Source: Marsupella aquatica
Taxonomy: Eukaryota > Plantae > Marchantiophyta
Assembly (NCBI GenBank): GCA_973895155.1
Contig: OZ316894.1
Span: 18,134,563 to 18,198,562 of the forward strand
Direction of reading: 5' to 3'
DNA length: 64,000 nucleotides
Shown here in pieces: positions 23,740 through 38,100 of this stretch. Under the pieces are notes generated by a model that was not told the DNA's origin, searched no databases, and saw nothing but the letters and a program-made list of their open reading frames with translations. Each line of letters opens with the position of its first letter. Positions within the stretch are counted from its first letter, which is position 1. Position numbers and translations under genes: made by a program.

Positions 23740-23754
23740 AAACCCTAAACCCTA
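23740..23754 (+). promoter_or_regulatory. Tandem telo-boxes (AAACCCTA x2) upstream of CBF5
   Basis: aaaccctaaacccta lies ~240 bp before the ATG. Telo-boxes are an established promoter element of plant ribosome-biogenesis genes. Confidence 0.7.
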
Positions 23755-23986
23755 GGAACGAGAAAACAGAAAGCCAGACTTCTTCTCGTTGTGTTTCGTC
23801 TCTGCTCTTCGAATGGTTTCGATGCGTGAAGTGGTGTGAGAGTAGAGCTGAGCTGAGCTGAATCGATCTGTGAGCTCAAGCTCATCGAAGGGGGATTCAT
23901 TCATCGAAGAAAGGTGCGGTGCTACTGAGGCTGGGCGAGAAGAAAGAGCTCGTCGAGGGCGGAGGAGGCGATAGGGTGGTTGTGAA

Positions 23987-25690
23987 ATGTCGAGCGCTGA
24001 AAGGAGCGCAGAGAAGAAGAAGAAGAGGAAGAAGGTGAAGGAGGCGGAGGTGGAGACAGAGGACGGTGGCGGAATAGCGGGTGAGATCGTGCCTGCTTCT
24101 CTGAAATTGGAGAGCCAGGAGAACACGGATTATTTGATCAAGCCGTTGCAGAGCACTCCGAGTCTCGACACTTCCAACTGGCCCCTTCTACTGAAGAACT
24201 ATGATAAGCTCAACATTCGGACAGGGCATTATACTCCGATTCCCACAGGGTACTCTCCGCTGAAGCGACCGCTGTTTGATTATGTTAGGTATGGAGTCAT
24301 CAACCTCGATAAACCGGCGAACCCTTCGTCCCATGAGGTGGTGGCCTGGATCAGGAGAATTCTGAGAGTGGACAAGACAGGGCACAGCGGGACGCTTGAC
24401 CCTAAGGTGACAGGGAGCTTAATTGTGTGCGTGGACAGGGCCACGAGGCTCGTCAAGGCACAACAGGGAGCCGGCAAGGAGTATGTCTGCGTCGCCAGGC
24501 TTCACTCGGCGGTCGATGGTGTCGCCAAAGTAGCCAGAGCGATTGAGACCTTGACTGGTGCGCTCTTTCAACGGCCCCCTCTCATTTCGGCGGTGAAGCG
24601 TCAGCTCCGCATTAGAACCATTTACGAGAGCAAGCTCCTGGAGTACGATGCCGAGCGGCATTTGGTGGTGTTCTGGGTTTCCTGCGAGGCCGGGACGTAC
24701 ATTCGAACGCTATGCGTTCACTTGGGATTGCTGTTGGGAGTTGGGGGCCATATGCAGGAGCTGCGGCGCGTCCGTTCGGGTATTTTGGGAGAGAAAGACA
24801 ACCTGGTGACAATGCACGACGTCTTGGACGCGCAGTGGCAATATGATCATAACCAGGACGAGTCTTATCTCCGTAGGGTTGTCATGCCGCTGGAGGTGCT
24901 CTTGACGAGCTACAAGAGGTTAGTGGTGAAGGACAGCGCTGTGAATGCCATCTGTTACGGAGCCAAGCTGATGATTCCCGGACTTCTTCGTTTCGAAAAT
25001 GGGTGTGAGGTCGGAGAGGAGGTCGTTCTCATGACAACGAAGGGCGAGGCCATTGCTCTTGGAATTTCCCAAATGACTACTGCTGTGATGGCTACCTGTG
25101 ACCATGGAGTAGTCGCGAAAGTGAAGAGAGTTGTCATGGAGAGAGATACGTATCCTAGAAAGTGGGGGCTCGGCCCCAGGGCCTCCACCAAGAAGAAGCT
25201 GGTCGCTGAAGGCCTCCTCGATAAGCATGGGAAGCCGAATGAGAAGACTCCAAAAGAATGGCTTCGAAATGTGCCCGTTGAAGAGTTGTCTGTTCCAGCT
25301 GGTGAGGATACAGACATCGCAAGGGCAGCTGCGGTCCAGGAGCCTGCAGAGCCACCGTCCGAGAAGAAGAAGAAGAAGAAAAAGGAAGAGCCACAAGAGG
25401 TGGCGGAAATAGGCGAAAAGAGGAAGGAAGCTGTTGATGCGCAGACTCCCGAGGCCGCCCCGAAGAAGAAGAAGAGTAAAAGGTCTGCAAGTGAGGCGGA
25501 GCCGATGGAGGAGGGGACATTTGTAAAAGCGACAGTTGTGGAAGAGGTAGTGGCAACGGTGGCCGTCTTGGAAACGCCTGAAGCGGCCAAGAGTGAGAAG
25601 AAGAAGAAGAAAAAGAAAGATAAAGAAGCCAATGGAGATTCAGGAGAAAAACTTACTGAAAGTGAGAAGACGAAGGCGTCTTTAGAGTAG
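23987..25690 (+). CDS. CBF5: H/ACA snoRNP pseudouridine synthase CBF5/dyskerin (NAP57); intronless
   Basis: [27 protein letters not shown] (catalytic Asp), [11 protein letters not shown], a PUA domain ending [16 protein letters not shown], and Lys-rich N- and C-terminal tails. Confidence 0.98.
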   Translation: MSSAERSAEKKKKRKKVKEAEVETEDGGGIAGEIVPASLKLESQENTDYLIKPLQSTPSLDTSNWPLLLKNYDKLNIRTGHYTPIPTGYSPLKRPLFDYVRYGVINLDKPANPSSHEVVAWIRRILRVDKTGHSGTLDPKVTGSLIVCVDRATRLVKAQQGAGKEYVCVARLHSAVDGVAKVARAIETLTGALFQRPPLISAVKRQLRIRTIYESKLLEYDAERHLVVFWVSCEAGTYIRTLCVHLGLLLGVGGHMQELRRVRSGILGEKDNLVTMHDVLDAQWQYDHNQDESYLRRVVMPLEVLLTSYKRLVVKDSAVNAICYGAKLMIPGLLRFENGCEVGEEVVLMTTKGEAIALGISQMTTAVMATCDHGVVAKVKRVVMERDTYPRKWGLGPRASTKKKLVAEGLLDKHGKPNEKTPKEWLRNVPVEELSVPAGEDTDIARAAAVQEPAEPPSEKKKKKKKEEPQEVAEIGEKRKEAVDAQTPEAAPKKKKSKRSASEAEPMEEGTFVKATVVEEVVATVAVLETPEAAKSEKKKKKKKDKEANGDSGEKLTESEKTKASLE

Positions 25691-26698
25691 AAGAACAGTG
25701 TGTAAAGCTCGAAATCGAAGCAGGAGATGATCCTGAATTGTAAATTGTTTTGTATCATCTCCTACATCTTATGACATTGTTCTTAGAGTGAATCCTAGAA
25801 GCTGGAGTGACCAGCTCCGCTAGAGCACGTTTCTTTGGTTACAATTTTGTCCATTTTAAAATGTTGAGAGAAACTATTTACTTCTGTGGCCAAAGCGAAG
25901 TGAAGCGGTAGGATTCTCGTAGCTGCTCAGTTTCAGTTCTCTTGAGGAAACTTTGAATTGCTCGGAAGAGGTCGTCTTGCTAGGGTCTCCTCTTCTCTCG
26001 GCGTGGAAGTGCTCTGTCCCGAATGTTTTATCCGGGACGGGAACTTCTGTAGCTTTGTCACCCAGTAGGACTCTGCGCGAAGGGGGTTAACTACTCAGGG
26101 AGAGATTGATTTCAAGCTTGCTCTTAACTTGCATCAGGACTTGATACACGGATTATCGTATAAATTACTAGCATTTAAAGTTTGAAATCTTTCCATCTGT
26201 GGGGCGTATGTGCAACGACAAACATTTCGTTGTAGTGTTGTTGAGACATTGTTAATCTCATGATTGTGGTTCGCATGTCAGAAAGTTGAGTTACTTGCTC
26301 ATCTCACCGAGTTTGTAGATGCAAAACGTACAACTATGAAATAAGAATTTCTCACCAGTTCTCTCGTTGTCCATGTTGTAATTCGAAGGCTATCAACGTT
26401 TTGGAAGTTTCAGATTTGACTTTTGTGTTCTAGTCGGACCCAATTGTATCGTCGAAAAGCCCATGGTTCTATCTTTCTATGGAATTCTTGTTGTGGTTTC
26501 TCTACAACACTCACCAGCCCGGTGAAACTATGAAACAAATCTTGTCATATGTTATATCCACCACATCTACTGTAGACTGCCTGTAAGGCTGGGCCTACCA
26601 GTTGGCTTTCAGGTACGGGAAGTGATGACTTCATTACGGAATTTCACTTCAGGCAGGGGAAACTGATGACTTCAATTACGAAATTGCATTGCAGCCGG

Positions 26699-27368
26699 GT
26701 CACAGTAACTACACATCAAAATATGACGTCCCATTAACTGCAAATCAAAATATATCAAAATATGACATGTCCCATTAACTGCAAATCAAAATATGACATG
26801 TCCCATTAACTGCAAATCAAAATACATGACATATAGGGTGTAGGACAAATATATGACATATAGGGTGTAGGACATCACATCAAAATAGGACATGTCTAGT
26901 GTAGGGCATCACATCAAAATATGACATGTCTGGTGTAGGACATCAAAATATGACATATACAGACATATAGGGTGTAAAACATCACATCAAAACATGACAT
27001 GTCTTCACATCACATAAAAATATGACATGTCTTCACGCACATCAAAATATGACATATGCAATGTATGACATCTTTCCATACCATGATAAATGAAATTATT
27101 TACTTTAAATTTAATTCACTGAGTGCACACTTTAAATTTAATTCAGTGAGTGCACAGTGTGTATTATCACATTTTGATGTGTGATTATGACATCACTCCA
27201 TACAATGATAACCCTGAATAGTTATTTTCTTTAAATCAGTGAATGCACACTGTATATTATCACATTTTGATGTGTGATTATGACATCTTTCCACACCATG
27301 ATAAACGTGATTTATTTTCTTTCAATTAGTGAGTGCACACCATATATTATCACATTTTGATGTGTGAC
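26699..27368. repeat. Composite repeat: many cacatcaaaatatgacat units on the left, then three ~90-120-bp units ending in the inverted motif attttgatgtgtga
   Basis: Seen directly. The motif orientation flips near 27100. Confidence 0.8.
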
Positions 27369-27762
27369 GACACGGATTGGAGCCAAAGGAGGGTGATTCC
27401 AAGTACCATTTTAGTGTCCACTTCATTATTTCAGCTATAAGTGATCTGACACTGAACTGCAGGTATCAGGGATTCTGACGTGTTTCAATCGCATTGGTAC
27501 GTGATCTCAGGGATTACTGAAGTTCAGGGACTCTTTAAGTGATCCCTTCGGGGATTCTCAACTGATCTGAGCACCCTACTACGTCACTTCAGGTTAAATT
27601 AAATGATCACTCAAGTCTCCAATGTGAGGTACAGGGACAAATCACTAAAAAAGGTCATATGAAAGAAAGAAGGGATCAGTTACACACCTACCCAGGAAAC
27701 AGTCTTGGTAATGCTGTACACATCATCCCATAGTCCCTGAAGCAGGCAATCCCCATGGATAG

Positions 27763-28000
27763 TGACACCTTTTACACCTTCACTCATTGAGGAAAATGAT
27801 GCTTGCTATGTAACCTCGTGGATGGATAGTGAAACTTTCACTCACTGAGGAAAATGACTAAAATGATGCTCGCCATGCAACCCCCACCAATTTTGACACC
27901 TTTTACACCTTCACTCTTGAGTAAAATGATGCTCCCCATGCAACCCCATGTGACACCTTTTAGAGCTTCATTCATTATGAAATGAGCCTCCCCATGCAAC
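27763..28000. repeat. Diverged short tandem repeat (gacaccttttacaccttcactc..gag.aaaatgatgct), 3-4 copies
   Basis: Recurring motif seen directly. Confidence 0.7.
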
Positions 28001-28244
28001 TGAGGGTCAAGACCTAGAGTAGTTTTGCATATTCAAGATGACGCATTTTCAAGATGACGAAGTACAGGTTCAATATTCCTCCCATGAATAATGACAGGAG
28101 CTCCGATCATTAAGAACGAAAGGCAAGATCGAGGCTAATCAATGCGATTAGCCTTTATTAACCCTGTACGTGACTGCCTGCTGCCCAGTATTTTTAACGT
28201 TAATATATAGTTAAATACCAAGAGCAAATCAATGTGGACTCTAA

Positions 28245-28315
28245 CTGCCCCAAGGCTAGTTGGTAGAGGAGCTCCTTTGGGATGCAGTAGGTCCCAGGTT
28301 TGAATCTGGTCAGTG
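28245..28315 (+). pseudogene. tRNA-derived sequence (pseudo-tRNA or SINE head)
   Basis: A-box-like gctagttggtagag and B-box-like ggtttgaatc at tRNA spacing, with a TGG triplet in the anticodon position. The acceptor and anticodon stems do not pair well. Confidence 0.45.
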
Positions 28316-29436
28316 ACAATAAAAGCTTTTGTCATTCACCCCACCCAAAAGTGGGGATCATTCACACTCTAGTCACACTTAGAAAAAGTGTGACACGGAA
28401 AAACAGTCGGGCAGCGGGCGGCTAAAACGGTACGAGAGGCTCCTTATGAGCCTCGATCTTGTCTTTCGTCCTGAATCTCCGATCTACCCTGAGTGAGCAA
28501 CCCACATGGCTGGTGACACGTTTTACGTCTTTACCATGAACACCCTTCTTGCCTCCAAAAAGTTTACAAAACGTTTTGTAAATTTCAATCTCCCTTGATA
28601 TCCAACTGACTTGGCCATTCTTGGGCTCATTAGAGGCGGTTTAGAGGATGATTCTAAATATCTATCCATGAGCCTTTAATCAAATTTCATGGAGAGACTT
28701 CCAAATTGATTGTCTCATTTCGTGTTTCATTCCACTCATAGGTGTAATATTTACAAGATGAGCAGAAAAGAGGGGTTTCACGAAAAGACTGCTGAAAATT
28801 TTTTGAGTGAACATCACACTTTAGTGAGAGTAAATAGAGAAGTGGTATGAAAACGTTTGCCGGAAAACGACTTGATCCCGATTCAAGGAAACAAAAACTG
28901 GTCATAGCTACTCCTATCCGTCACAAAAAATATTTGATCCAAGTTTGCTTTCTGACTGAACTTGGATGAGGTAAATTACAGTTAAAATCCTTTCCCTGTT
29001 TTTGCTTAAAAGTCCTCCTTTGCAATCCTTCAGGAATACTGCAGAATGATTACAAAATCTTCTCAATCCTCCCATAGTCCGGAAGAGGAATGATCAGAGA
29101 AAGGTCGTTTCTAGGCAGGACTAATTTTTAAAGAATTTTGGTGAATCTACTTGCTTCCACATTCCTTTGTGATTGGTATCGGAAGAAGAGGATAAATATT
29201 CTTTATTGGGAATGGTCGTAGGCTCAAGTCCTAATGTTGAGAACTTGGACTACAAAAACAATGACGGAATCCTCCACAGATCTGGATAGCAATCAAAAAT
29301 TGCTTCAATACTTGTCAACCCAAAACATGTCACTTCATCGATCTTTTACTGATCTGTGTAGAAGTATGTTGCACTTAGGATTATTGCCTTGTCGCCTGCA
29401 AACGTGCCCGTCGCCCAGCTGCAAATGGTGCAAGCC

Positions 29437-32400
29437 TCAAAACATTGGACGAAGGATTCGCATGCCAACAAGGCATCCAACAGCCGTCCCGATGGTATAG
29501 CCCACAGTGCCTACCAACAAAGCAGGTCGAACCTGCAAACGACAATTATGACAACATGATAGCGTGATGTTACCTCCAGCATTAAAGTGCAGATCAATAT
29601 TTTGAACTTTTCATTGAGTAGATATTCATGAGCCAAAAAGATGCCTTTGAGACGTATGAAAAGTTTCGAAGAAAAGCAGTAGGCACATGTACCAATTGGG
29701 GCCAACAGCGAGCGTTTGCCATGGCAGCAGCTGTGGCAGGACCACCAATGTTCGCATTTGACCCAATCAAAATCTGCAAATCACGAATCAAAATTATGCA
29801 CAATTGGTTAAGTCATTGAAACTCAGAGAAACGAGGCTCCTGCAGTGTAGAAGGAATGATTGGATAGAGTGAGTGGAACATTACTGAACGAGTTGGCAGC
29901 TTGGACCACCGCCCTAAACATAATATTGTGGTCAGGTGTACCTGATAAAGCAACATTAACGCAGTCAAGGACACTGTACATTTGTTGGAATTTTGGAACG
30001 TCCACAACATTTCATAACCAAAATTGCTTTGAAACAATGGAAGTGTGGTTAATGTTCCGGAGGTGGTGAATGTTCCAACATTGTGAACGTTAACGCAGTC
30101 AGGGACACTGTTCCGGAAGTAAAGATCACCACAGAATTGTAGTTATAACGGGAAACGAATCATTGCTCTTAAGACAATACGAAGTGGATTCAAAACTTCG
30201 GTTATTCCTTTGGTGCTGCGTTTCCACAGGACCACACAAATAAATGGAAGCAGATCATCAATCATGTGATTTCTGCGACATGAATCACTGCCCATCCGCC
30301 ACATCGAAAAATCTTTAAAACTATAAGATTGTACTGAGTACTTACAATGATCAGGACGATGATAAAAATTGGCAGCGGCCAACCCCCAGCCACTGCTTCT
30401 TTCAACCCAGTTGAAGCTCCTATCTACACAACCCAAATCTGAACGTTATAAAATCCGAGGAGCTCCTCTTGTACAAATCTCCTAACTACGACCTTTCAGG
30501 TATTCCTTTAGGAGAAGAACGTTGTCTCAAATAGCTCAACTATGGTAGGACACCTTTGGGGCAGATTTGAAGTTCCTACCACAGCGAAAAACAGAAGCAT
30601 AAGAGCTCCCCCAAGGTTCTGAGAGCCTGCGAAAATGGGAATGTTGGTTTGGCCACTGCCAGGAAAGAGTTGACAAGCCAGAGCGTTGAACAACGATGCT
30701 ACCACTGCCATGAGGGCCAAGCCAGAACCTGTAATCATAGACACAAGTTGCTTGTGAAGCTGCTTGGGTAACTTGCACCATAGCAAATAATCCTTGGAAA
30801 ATCTAATAAGAATCAGAAGTCTTCACATAGACTTTACAGCAAACCTCAAAACTTAAGCAGGCATGGCACATTCTGTAGAAAGGGGTCAATCTCTAAAACT
30901 GCTCATCTTTCGAATTTTCTAAAACACTGAGAAGAGAATTAAACCTGCAAAAGATGAAGGAAGCATCGACGCAAGTGCATCTCCTGTAGAGCATGCTGCT
31001 GCTGCAGCAGCAAGGGAAACTGCCAATGATTCAACAGTTGGCTGTGTTCGTTTCTCAGGCAAGATATCTGCGCAAACCAACACATGGTCAACACAGAGAC
31101 CAGGCATTTCGGTAGTTGAATAGTGCAGCTGACAAGAAGCACTATTTCGATTTGGTAATATCTTCACAGAAATGTGGAAACGTAGGCATTATAACTGTAG
31201 AAAAACAACGAAAGTCGAGAAGGAGTCCACACTTCTAACCAGCACATTGTAATAACAGCTAAAGTGTTGAACTTGATAAAGAAACAGATGGTTTCATCAT
31301 GCTTTTCGAGGAATTAAGATTCATTGTTTTAACCATCCAGATAAGTGAAACGGTGACCTGGCTGATCTCTCACCAAGTTTCTCTGCGGAGTCTAGAATAT
31401 TCCTTCCAGAGTCGTCAGGAATTGCCATTATAATGCCAAAATACAAAGCCATGGCTAAATTATCCGCTGCCATTCCTGCTGCCAGTAAGGGTGCTGAGTT
31501 AAGTCCCAAGACCTAGCCAGCAAACGACAGCCCATATAGATCCCCAAACCCTTTAGCTTCACTGTCATGGTTTAGCCAAGCCTCTTTTCCCAAGAAATTC
31601 ATAGTTGAGTTCAACCGGAAAAAAGGTATCAACCTCATTACAAAGCAGATGTTCACTGTTCTACAACTACACTGTATAGGTCTTCAAACTTCTTCTCATC
31701 TAAGCGAGAAAGAAACTGACGGTTTTACTGGTTCAAATAAAGATAACGGGTTGAGAGATATCGACTTTCATGTCACCTACCGGTTATTGTAGAACGTGGT
31801 TGCAAAAATGAGTTCCATTAATGAGCAAGTGTATAGGGTGGAGAATATGATGAACCTGGGCAGTAGCAGCATAATTGATTGAACCGCCAACATAGCTTGC
31901 GCATAAGGACGATGCAATCTGAAATGAATGCCAATCCCAAGGTAACATTGAGGTCTGTACAGTAGGATTAACAGGGAGCCAATGCCATCAACCAGGATTT
32001 TTGAATCCCATTAAAAATAGGAATCTATGTCATTAAGCACTTGTCCTTTCAATGCTGTCTTCATGGTGTACTTCTTGAGGGCAAAATTCACCAAGTGCAG
32101 TCATTTCGGGGCCTATATTTGGTATATATTTTGGAGGCACTCGGCGTTGTCGAGTTCTATTGCAGAGAAAGATCCGTACCTTCCAGCCATCGGGTCCAAG
32201 TGAAGGTCCAATGATTTTGAAAGACACAACTGTACCAAGGATGGTTCCAAGAGCCCCAAACCAGAAGGCCTTCATAGTTGAACCTGTTGGTCATCGAAGG
32301 AAACAGAGACCAGTTTCGTTAAGAAGCTGGAATATACATCTTGAAGTTTTGCTAAATCAAAGGATGACTTGAAAACTCTCCAACCAAATCTGCAGAACTT

Positions 32401-34341
32401 AGTCGACGTTTTCCGCCCATGTATATACAATTATTCGCTCCTTGATGTTCAAATCTGCTTTATAGGACGTGCATATACTCCACCGTTTCCTCTGTCCAAA
32501 CAGGAGCACAAATATTCTCTCACCTGCATCACTGAAGGCTGACCAAACATTGGTCTCAAGTAAAGTCAAAGCAGCTCCCAATGGCATTATTGTTGAAAAA
32601 ACCTGCAGAAGCCAGCATGGCAAAGCTTGGGACCTGACATGGAAGCCTAAATGAAAACGAATTTCCGAACCTAGCATCCTCACTTTAAGATGAACTTTTA
32701 TAAAAAAGAACACCCTGTGCTCCCATTGCACCAGGCCAGGCACTTATGTTTCAACAGTTATCCTCCCAAATTAAAATTACGAAGTCGAAGGCCATACAGG
32801 AGGAAGAAACAGTTTCTGGAAAAAACCATAACCCCGAGAAAAGTCTGCCACCCAACCCAGGACACTCGTTAAGCTTGTTTCGGTTCTTCGGATCCGACCG
32901 TGCCCGACACTTTCAAAAGATACCTGCCTTATCTGATGGCGCCCCTCGGAAAGACTGTCCATTAATCGGTTTCAGTCAAATTCTTCACCATTCACTTACC
33001 ATGTCATACACTGGGGAAGCGGCTGGAATGATACCAGCTCCAGAGAGGAAGACCGCCGTTACCATTGCCAGAAGAGGTCCAGAAATTCGACCACCCCACT
33101 TCGTCCTAGTCTCCAACACCTAGAGACCACATGGATGGAAGCGTTCGTCAACTAAAAGAGATTACTCAAGTGAATGCGCCCTGTCCCGATTTGGAAATAA
33201 GTAGAGTTCAGGACAACAAGGAAAGAGAAGAAACGAAAGTAACCGAATTGAATACAACTTAGTGATTTGACGCAACAACGATTAAAAACTCGGCTAGGAC
33301 GACTTCCTCGGGAGAGATTCTCTGAGAACAAGGAATTGCCGTTATTGGAGATCACCATAGCCTTGGAAATTGGGCCGGTACATAAACGGGGGTTCTGAAG
33401 GAAACCCAACTGATCCCGAAGGCAAAATGGATTAGCAGGAAGAAAGAAGACAGTAGAAGCGATCCTGTATTTGAAAGGTGCAAAAACTTGGCATGAATCT
33501 GGAACCGCGTTGCCGTCGTGACCCAATTTGAATATCAAATGACCATAGTGGTAGGAACAATTCTTCCGTAATCATCTCTAAGATTCACGTAGAGGGCATT
33601 TAATGAATACGTCTTAACGAGCCAAATGGAATAGGAATTACAAACTCGTCAACATCAGTAAAGCAAGCACCAACCCATCAGCGAGATTGAGCTTGAATGA
33701 AACCTGGCCAAAGGCTGCACAACCAGTCAAGGTCATAAACAAAGTACTCATACTTTCAGGCCCGACGACTGACATAGTAACCACATTGCTCTTCTTCGAT
33801 TTCTTTGAGATTGGCTTGCTGAACCAGTGCTTCCCCAGCGCTCTGATTCGACATTCTCCGCTCTTGAAAGGCACACTGATGATGGCTCTTCTTCCTGTCT
33901 TCACTGACCACTGCTTTCACCACAAGCCCAACAATGCACTCATTTAAAACCTTTGAATGTTGTCTATACAGTACGGTCACAAAGACTAAGGCAGAATTGC
34001 AACTCCTGTTCAAGGAAAAGTCTGTTCACCACATAAGTAAGCTTCAGCCAGAAACGGATTGCAGCATTGATGGCCAGGCCGAGAAATCTGTCAGCGAATA
34101 GTAAAGCTAGCGATTGAGCTTTGCGGGGTGTGTAGTGATATACCTGCCATGATCTTATTGTAGTCTGTCCATGGCCTTGACCTGGAGCACTCTCTGCAAA
34201 ACTGTGACTGCGTTTCTGCCATTGTCCAGCTAGTGCAAAGCTCCTGCTGCTGAAGGGATACAGAGAGCGAGGAAGCGATGATGATGATGCTGAGCTGCAA
34301 GAGTGGAGATTGAGCTTCGACGCACTCCAACAAGCCATCAT
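29437..34341 (-). CDS. DUF819-family multi-pass membrane protein, probably plastid-targeted. Exons 34341-34144, 33910-33704, 33119-33000, 32602-32524, 32283-32180, 31918-31856, 31512-31374, 31067-30945, 30728-30580, 30423-30346, 29941-29885, 29773-29693, 29532-29437
   Basis: Family motifs LETRTKWGGRISGPLL, AFWFGALGTILGTVV, IASSLCASYVGGSINY, AAGMAADN, FFAVIGAS, IGSNANIGGPATAAAMA and PALLVGTVGYTIGT. GT-AG junctions are in frame and the N-terminus is Ser-rich. Confidence 0.88.
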
Positions 34342-35020
34342 TTCTTCTTCTTCTTCTTCTGCCTGTCTAAATTAGACTCCTGGGCTTCCTCTAGCTTCCA
34401 TTCCGAGCTTATCTTCCTCGATGCAATGAATCCTCCATCACTCTGACACAACTAGACTTCAGATTCCTAGCTAGCCAGCTACTCTATCTCCCCTACTCTC
34501 TCTGTCTATCTATCTTTACCTTCAACAAATAAATTAATAATCTGTCTCTGGTCTGTTGAAAATAGTCTCCTGAGGAGAATTCTGAAGCCAGAAACTGATG
34601 CTTTGTTGACTGAATGTTCGTAAAGTCCGTCAATAATATTAAATCATTGATTCTGTGCCGTATCACTGATGGGTGGGCACTATCATCACGCATCCCGAAT
34701 CAGTTCACGGCATTGTTTTTTAAGGTTTCACGAATTGGTAGACGTCGCCCCTATCGACGTAGCCACAACGCATCAATTCGATGACAAAATATTTCTTGAA
34801 TTTACAGTTTCCAAGAAATACTCGAGGTATAAAAACAGCATAAGACGAAGATTTCAATAGAAGGATTTCCGTACATTTTGGATATTTGAAAGGAATATTA
34901 AACAGTTGAAGTGGTTCCAATCAAATCAGATCACGAAGGAGATTTCAGTAGGATTCAGTAGGCTGGCCCCCAATATCAGGTGGAATTAGTGGTGGCTCCA
35001 ATCAAGGCAAAGCAGGAAAG

Positions 35021-35131
35021 AGATTTCAGTGGATTACTCCAATGCCTATGGAGAGGAAGATTTCAGTGGATTACTCCAATGCCTATGCAGGGGAAGATTT
35101 CAGTGGATTACTCCAATGTCTATGCAGAGGA
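35021..35131. repeat. 37-bp tandem repeat x3
   Basis: agatttcagtggattactccaatg(c/t)ctatg at 35021, 35058 and 35095. Confidence 0.92.
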
Positions 35132-38100
35132 ATGGCAGGCTTCCCTAGTCCCTACCCTGTTGTTGCTGTTCACAAGCATAGTCTAAATGTCATTTTCAGA
35201 GTTTCACCCCATCCCCAACCCTTATTTCCATTTGCATCTCTAACTTTGGTCTAGAGGCTTCACTCTACACCATGGGCCTGAAGAGTAACTTTCTATTGTG
35301 GTTATATTGTTAGAAGACAATTGATGGAGTTGATCCTCACCGGTAGGCTTGGATAGTGAATTAAAGTCTAGATTTTGGCTAATTGATGTTAAATGAAGCA
35401 AAGATAGTGGCTAGATTGGTACAAAATATTTTTTTAGGAGAGGGTATTTGACTAAAGTTTGCCACTTCAGAAAAGTATGGTTCCGGGCCTTGGGTCATCT
35501 TAGATACTGCTGTTAATTGATTTTTCTCTTTGTAATTTTCATGGCATTTATGGAGAAGAATGTCACTCAAGACTTGGATTCTGATCAGCTCCTCATGGAA
35601 TTTCTCCTCCACTTTACTAAAATTGAAAACATAAAAATCTCTTAGGCCTTTCAGTGTATCAGCGTCCTGTCAGGATAACACTATGTACAAAGTAAAGTCC
35701 TGTTTACAGGACATACTGTGATATAGTGCCCCCAAAATGAGAGCTTATGCTTGAGTTTTTAGGGGCTATTATTGCCTGTAATGCTCTGGTAACACGAACT
35801 TAATATTCTTAAATGCCTAAAAGATTTTGAACTAAGTTTAGACAAAGCAGAGGAGAACTTTTGTAAGAAGCTCATCCAAATCTTGATTGTGTATTTTTCT
35901 CCCATAATGCCCTGAAAATCACAAAAGAGAAAAATCAAGAAAGACATTAAGGACCATAATAGACCCTCAAACTCAAGCTAAAGCACTCATTTTCAAGGCA
36001 TTATGGCCCACCATGCACAAGGAGTTACTATGGCAAGCAGGCAGGCAAGATCAGCGGGACCCACTCATGCATATGCTCTCAAGGAATGCCCACCTAGAAT
36101 ACAGAATATCGACCAAATTTCAGCAGCAATACATCCTTGCTGCTATTGTAATTGAGCATAAGAAGATCGTTGCTTTTCAACTATTACTGGTGTAGTGATG
36201 AATATGGAGTACTGGTGTCCAGAGGCCCACTTTTCTACAAGAACCTCTCAATTCTCAAGACTGATGAGGAGGGGTACGGTACAAGCTTTATTCATCTAAG
36301 TTCTGTCAAGGTTGGGAGCAATCAGACCATATTGCCTTTTATGTTCTTCCATTGAACGATCAATTTAAAGAGCCACTGTTCCATGACAAAACCTGGATTC
36401 ACCAGGTTCAACCATTTTTATAGACCTTTTTTTTCCTGAAATTGTGGAACAAATCTCACCCTAGAGGAGAGAAATGTGAAAAGGTGAGAAGTATGGACAG
36501 TGGTGGTTTAAGCATAGATTAGGTCCATCCATAAAGTATATAAGGGCAACCAAAAGCTATTCCTTGGGCCTACTGTATAAAGTTGAGCCTCTACACAGTG
36601 ACTCTTGAACCATAACTGCAAATAGAAAATAAGAATGGGGCCAAGGAAGTATAGGATGAAGATCACCTGAGTACCTTTATGAGATATAGGGTGACCCAAC
36701 TAAGCAGGGATTCATAGGGCAGACCATCCTCATAAAGCTATATTGGTGACCATTTTTGTACTTTCAGGGCGGGAGAAAAGCTGTTAGAGATACAATGTGT
36801 CCCGGCTGCTTGATGCCACCCAGGAGTGGTAGGGTAGGTATCAAAGATACACAAGGAGACACTTAGCTCTCTTAATGAGACATACAATTTCACTGGTGTA
36901 AACGAACAAAGCTACACATTGATACAAATATGGACTACAGAAAAAGTTATGGACTACCAAGTTCATAATCTATAACTTTTTGTCATAAAGATTTGTCACA
37001 TGCCATGACCATAATGTGAGTGAAAAGAAACAAAAAACCCAAAAGCCTGTGAAAAAGTTATGGCCAACAGCCATCATCGACAACTTTGAAGTTTTGAGGC
37101 CCCCTATTTGACCCACTTAAACACCTGCCCATATAAAAGGGCCCAAGTTCCTGCTCATTCCTGTCCATGGTGTGCACTCACCAGAAAAAGTGGAGCTCAA
37201 GTACTTGTTATGCACAAGTCCATTCCTAGTGAAACTGAATGTGTGCACTCTGGAAAAAGCAACCCTCAGCATTTGCAAACCTAGGCAAAAAGCAGATCTG
37301 GATTGACAACAGGATCTGCTGCCCTCTCACACCTAGTTTTGTTTTACTATGAAACCAAAGGCTAGGACCTCCGGGCCAGAGTTGTGCCTCGCTCTTGCCA
37401 GTCTGTAGCTCTTATTATACAGGGAGTTGTGGCTAAACGAGACCAAACCTTTCAGGAGTGGACAAGCATAACTGGATGAGGATCATAATAGATGAACGCA
37501 GTAAGTAAACAATAATACTTGTTTTTGCAAAGACGGTGTTTACACACTCCCATAGGGTTCCTTTGCAAAATTCCCTGCACCAGAGCATGCCATGTCAGCA
37601 AACACAATGACAAACACTACCTGATAAGTCTCTGTGAAAAGAAATAACGGCCCAAATCCTGCTTGTGACTATTTTTGTGTGAATTCTGGGTCGTCATGTG
37701 GTAAACCCTAAGCCTAAAAATGACTCAAACAAAAAGGAAGATATGAAACTGTTTTTGTCTTCAAGGAACTGGTAGTCCAGCTAGTGTTCTCTCAAAGCAA
37801 TGAATGAGGGCCAGGCGGGGGTTTCAGAGTTTCATCAGTCCTTATAATCTTGCCACAGTGCCCCGTGACTGCATTCCATCGTCGGCTATTTGGTTGTCTT
37901 CTCATCTTGCTCTTGCTTGATGGGCATTCATTGGCTTCGACGAGAAATCCAGGGCCGAATTCAATGTTCGACTAATTGGAGGTTGCTGGAGCATTGCCAT
38001 GGCAGGACGGTCAATTGGTATGACAGCCTAGGATTCTTTCCAGGTAGAGGGTGCATGGTTTACTATTGAACAGAGAGAGTTGAGGCATAGATGGTCGGCG

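Noticed and set aside
23740-23754. Interstitial telomere or chromosome fusion scar
   Set aside because: Only two units, located in the CBF5 promoter; better explained as telo-boxes.
26618-26698. CTGATGA...GAAA and box C/D-like motifs in a ~43-bp duplication
   Set aside because: The hammerhead helices do not form, and the C-to-D distance is too short for a snoRNA.
35021-35131. 37-bp repeats (also the 55-bp and 161-bp arrays) as CRISPR arrays
   Set aside because: The units are head-to-tail with no unique spacers, no cas genes are present and the context is eukaryotic.
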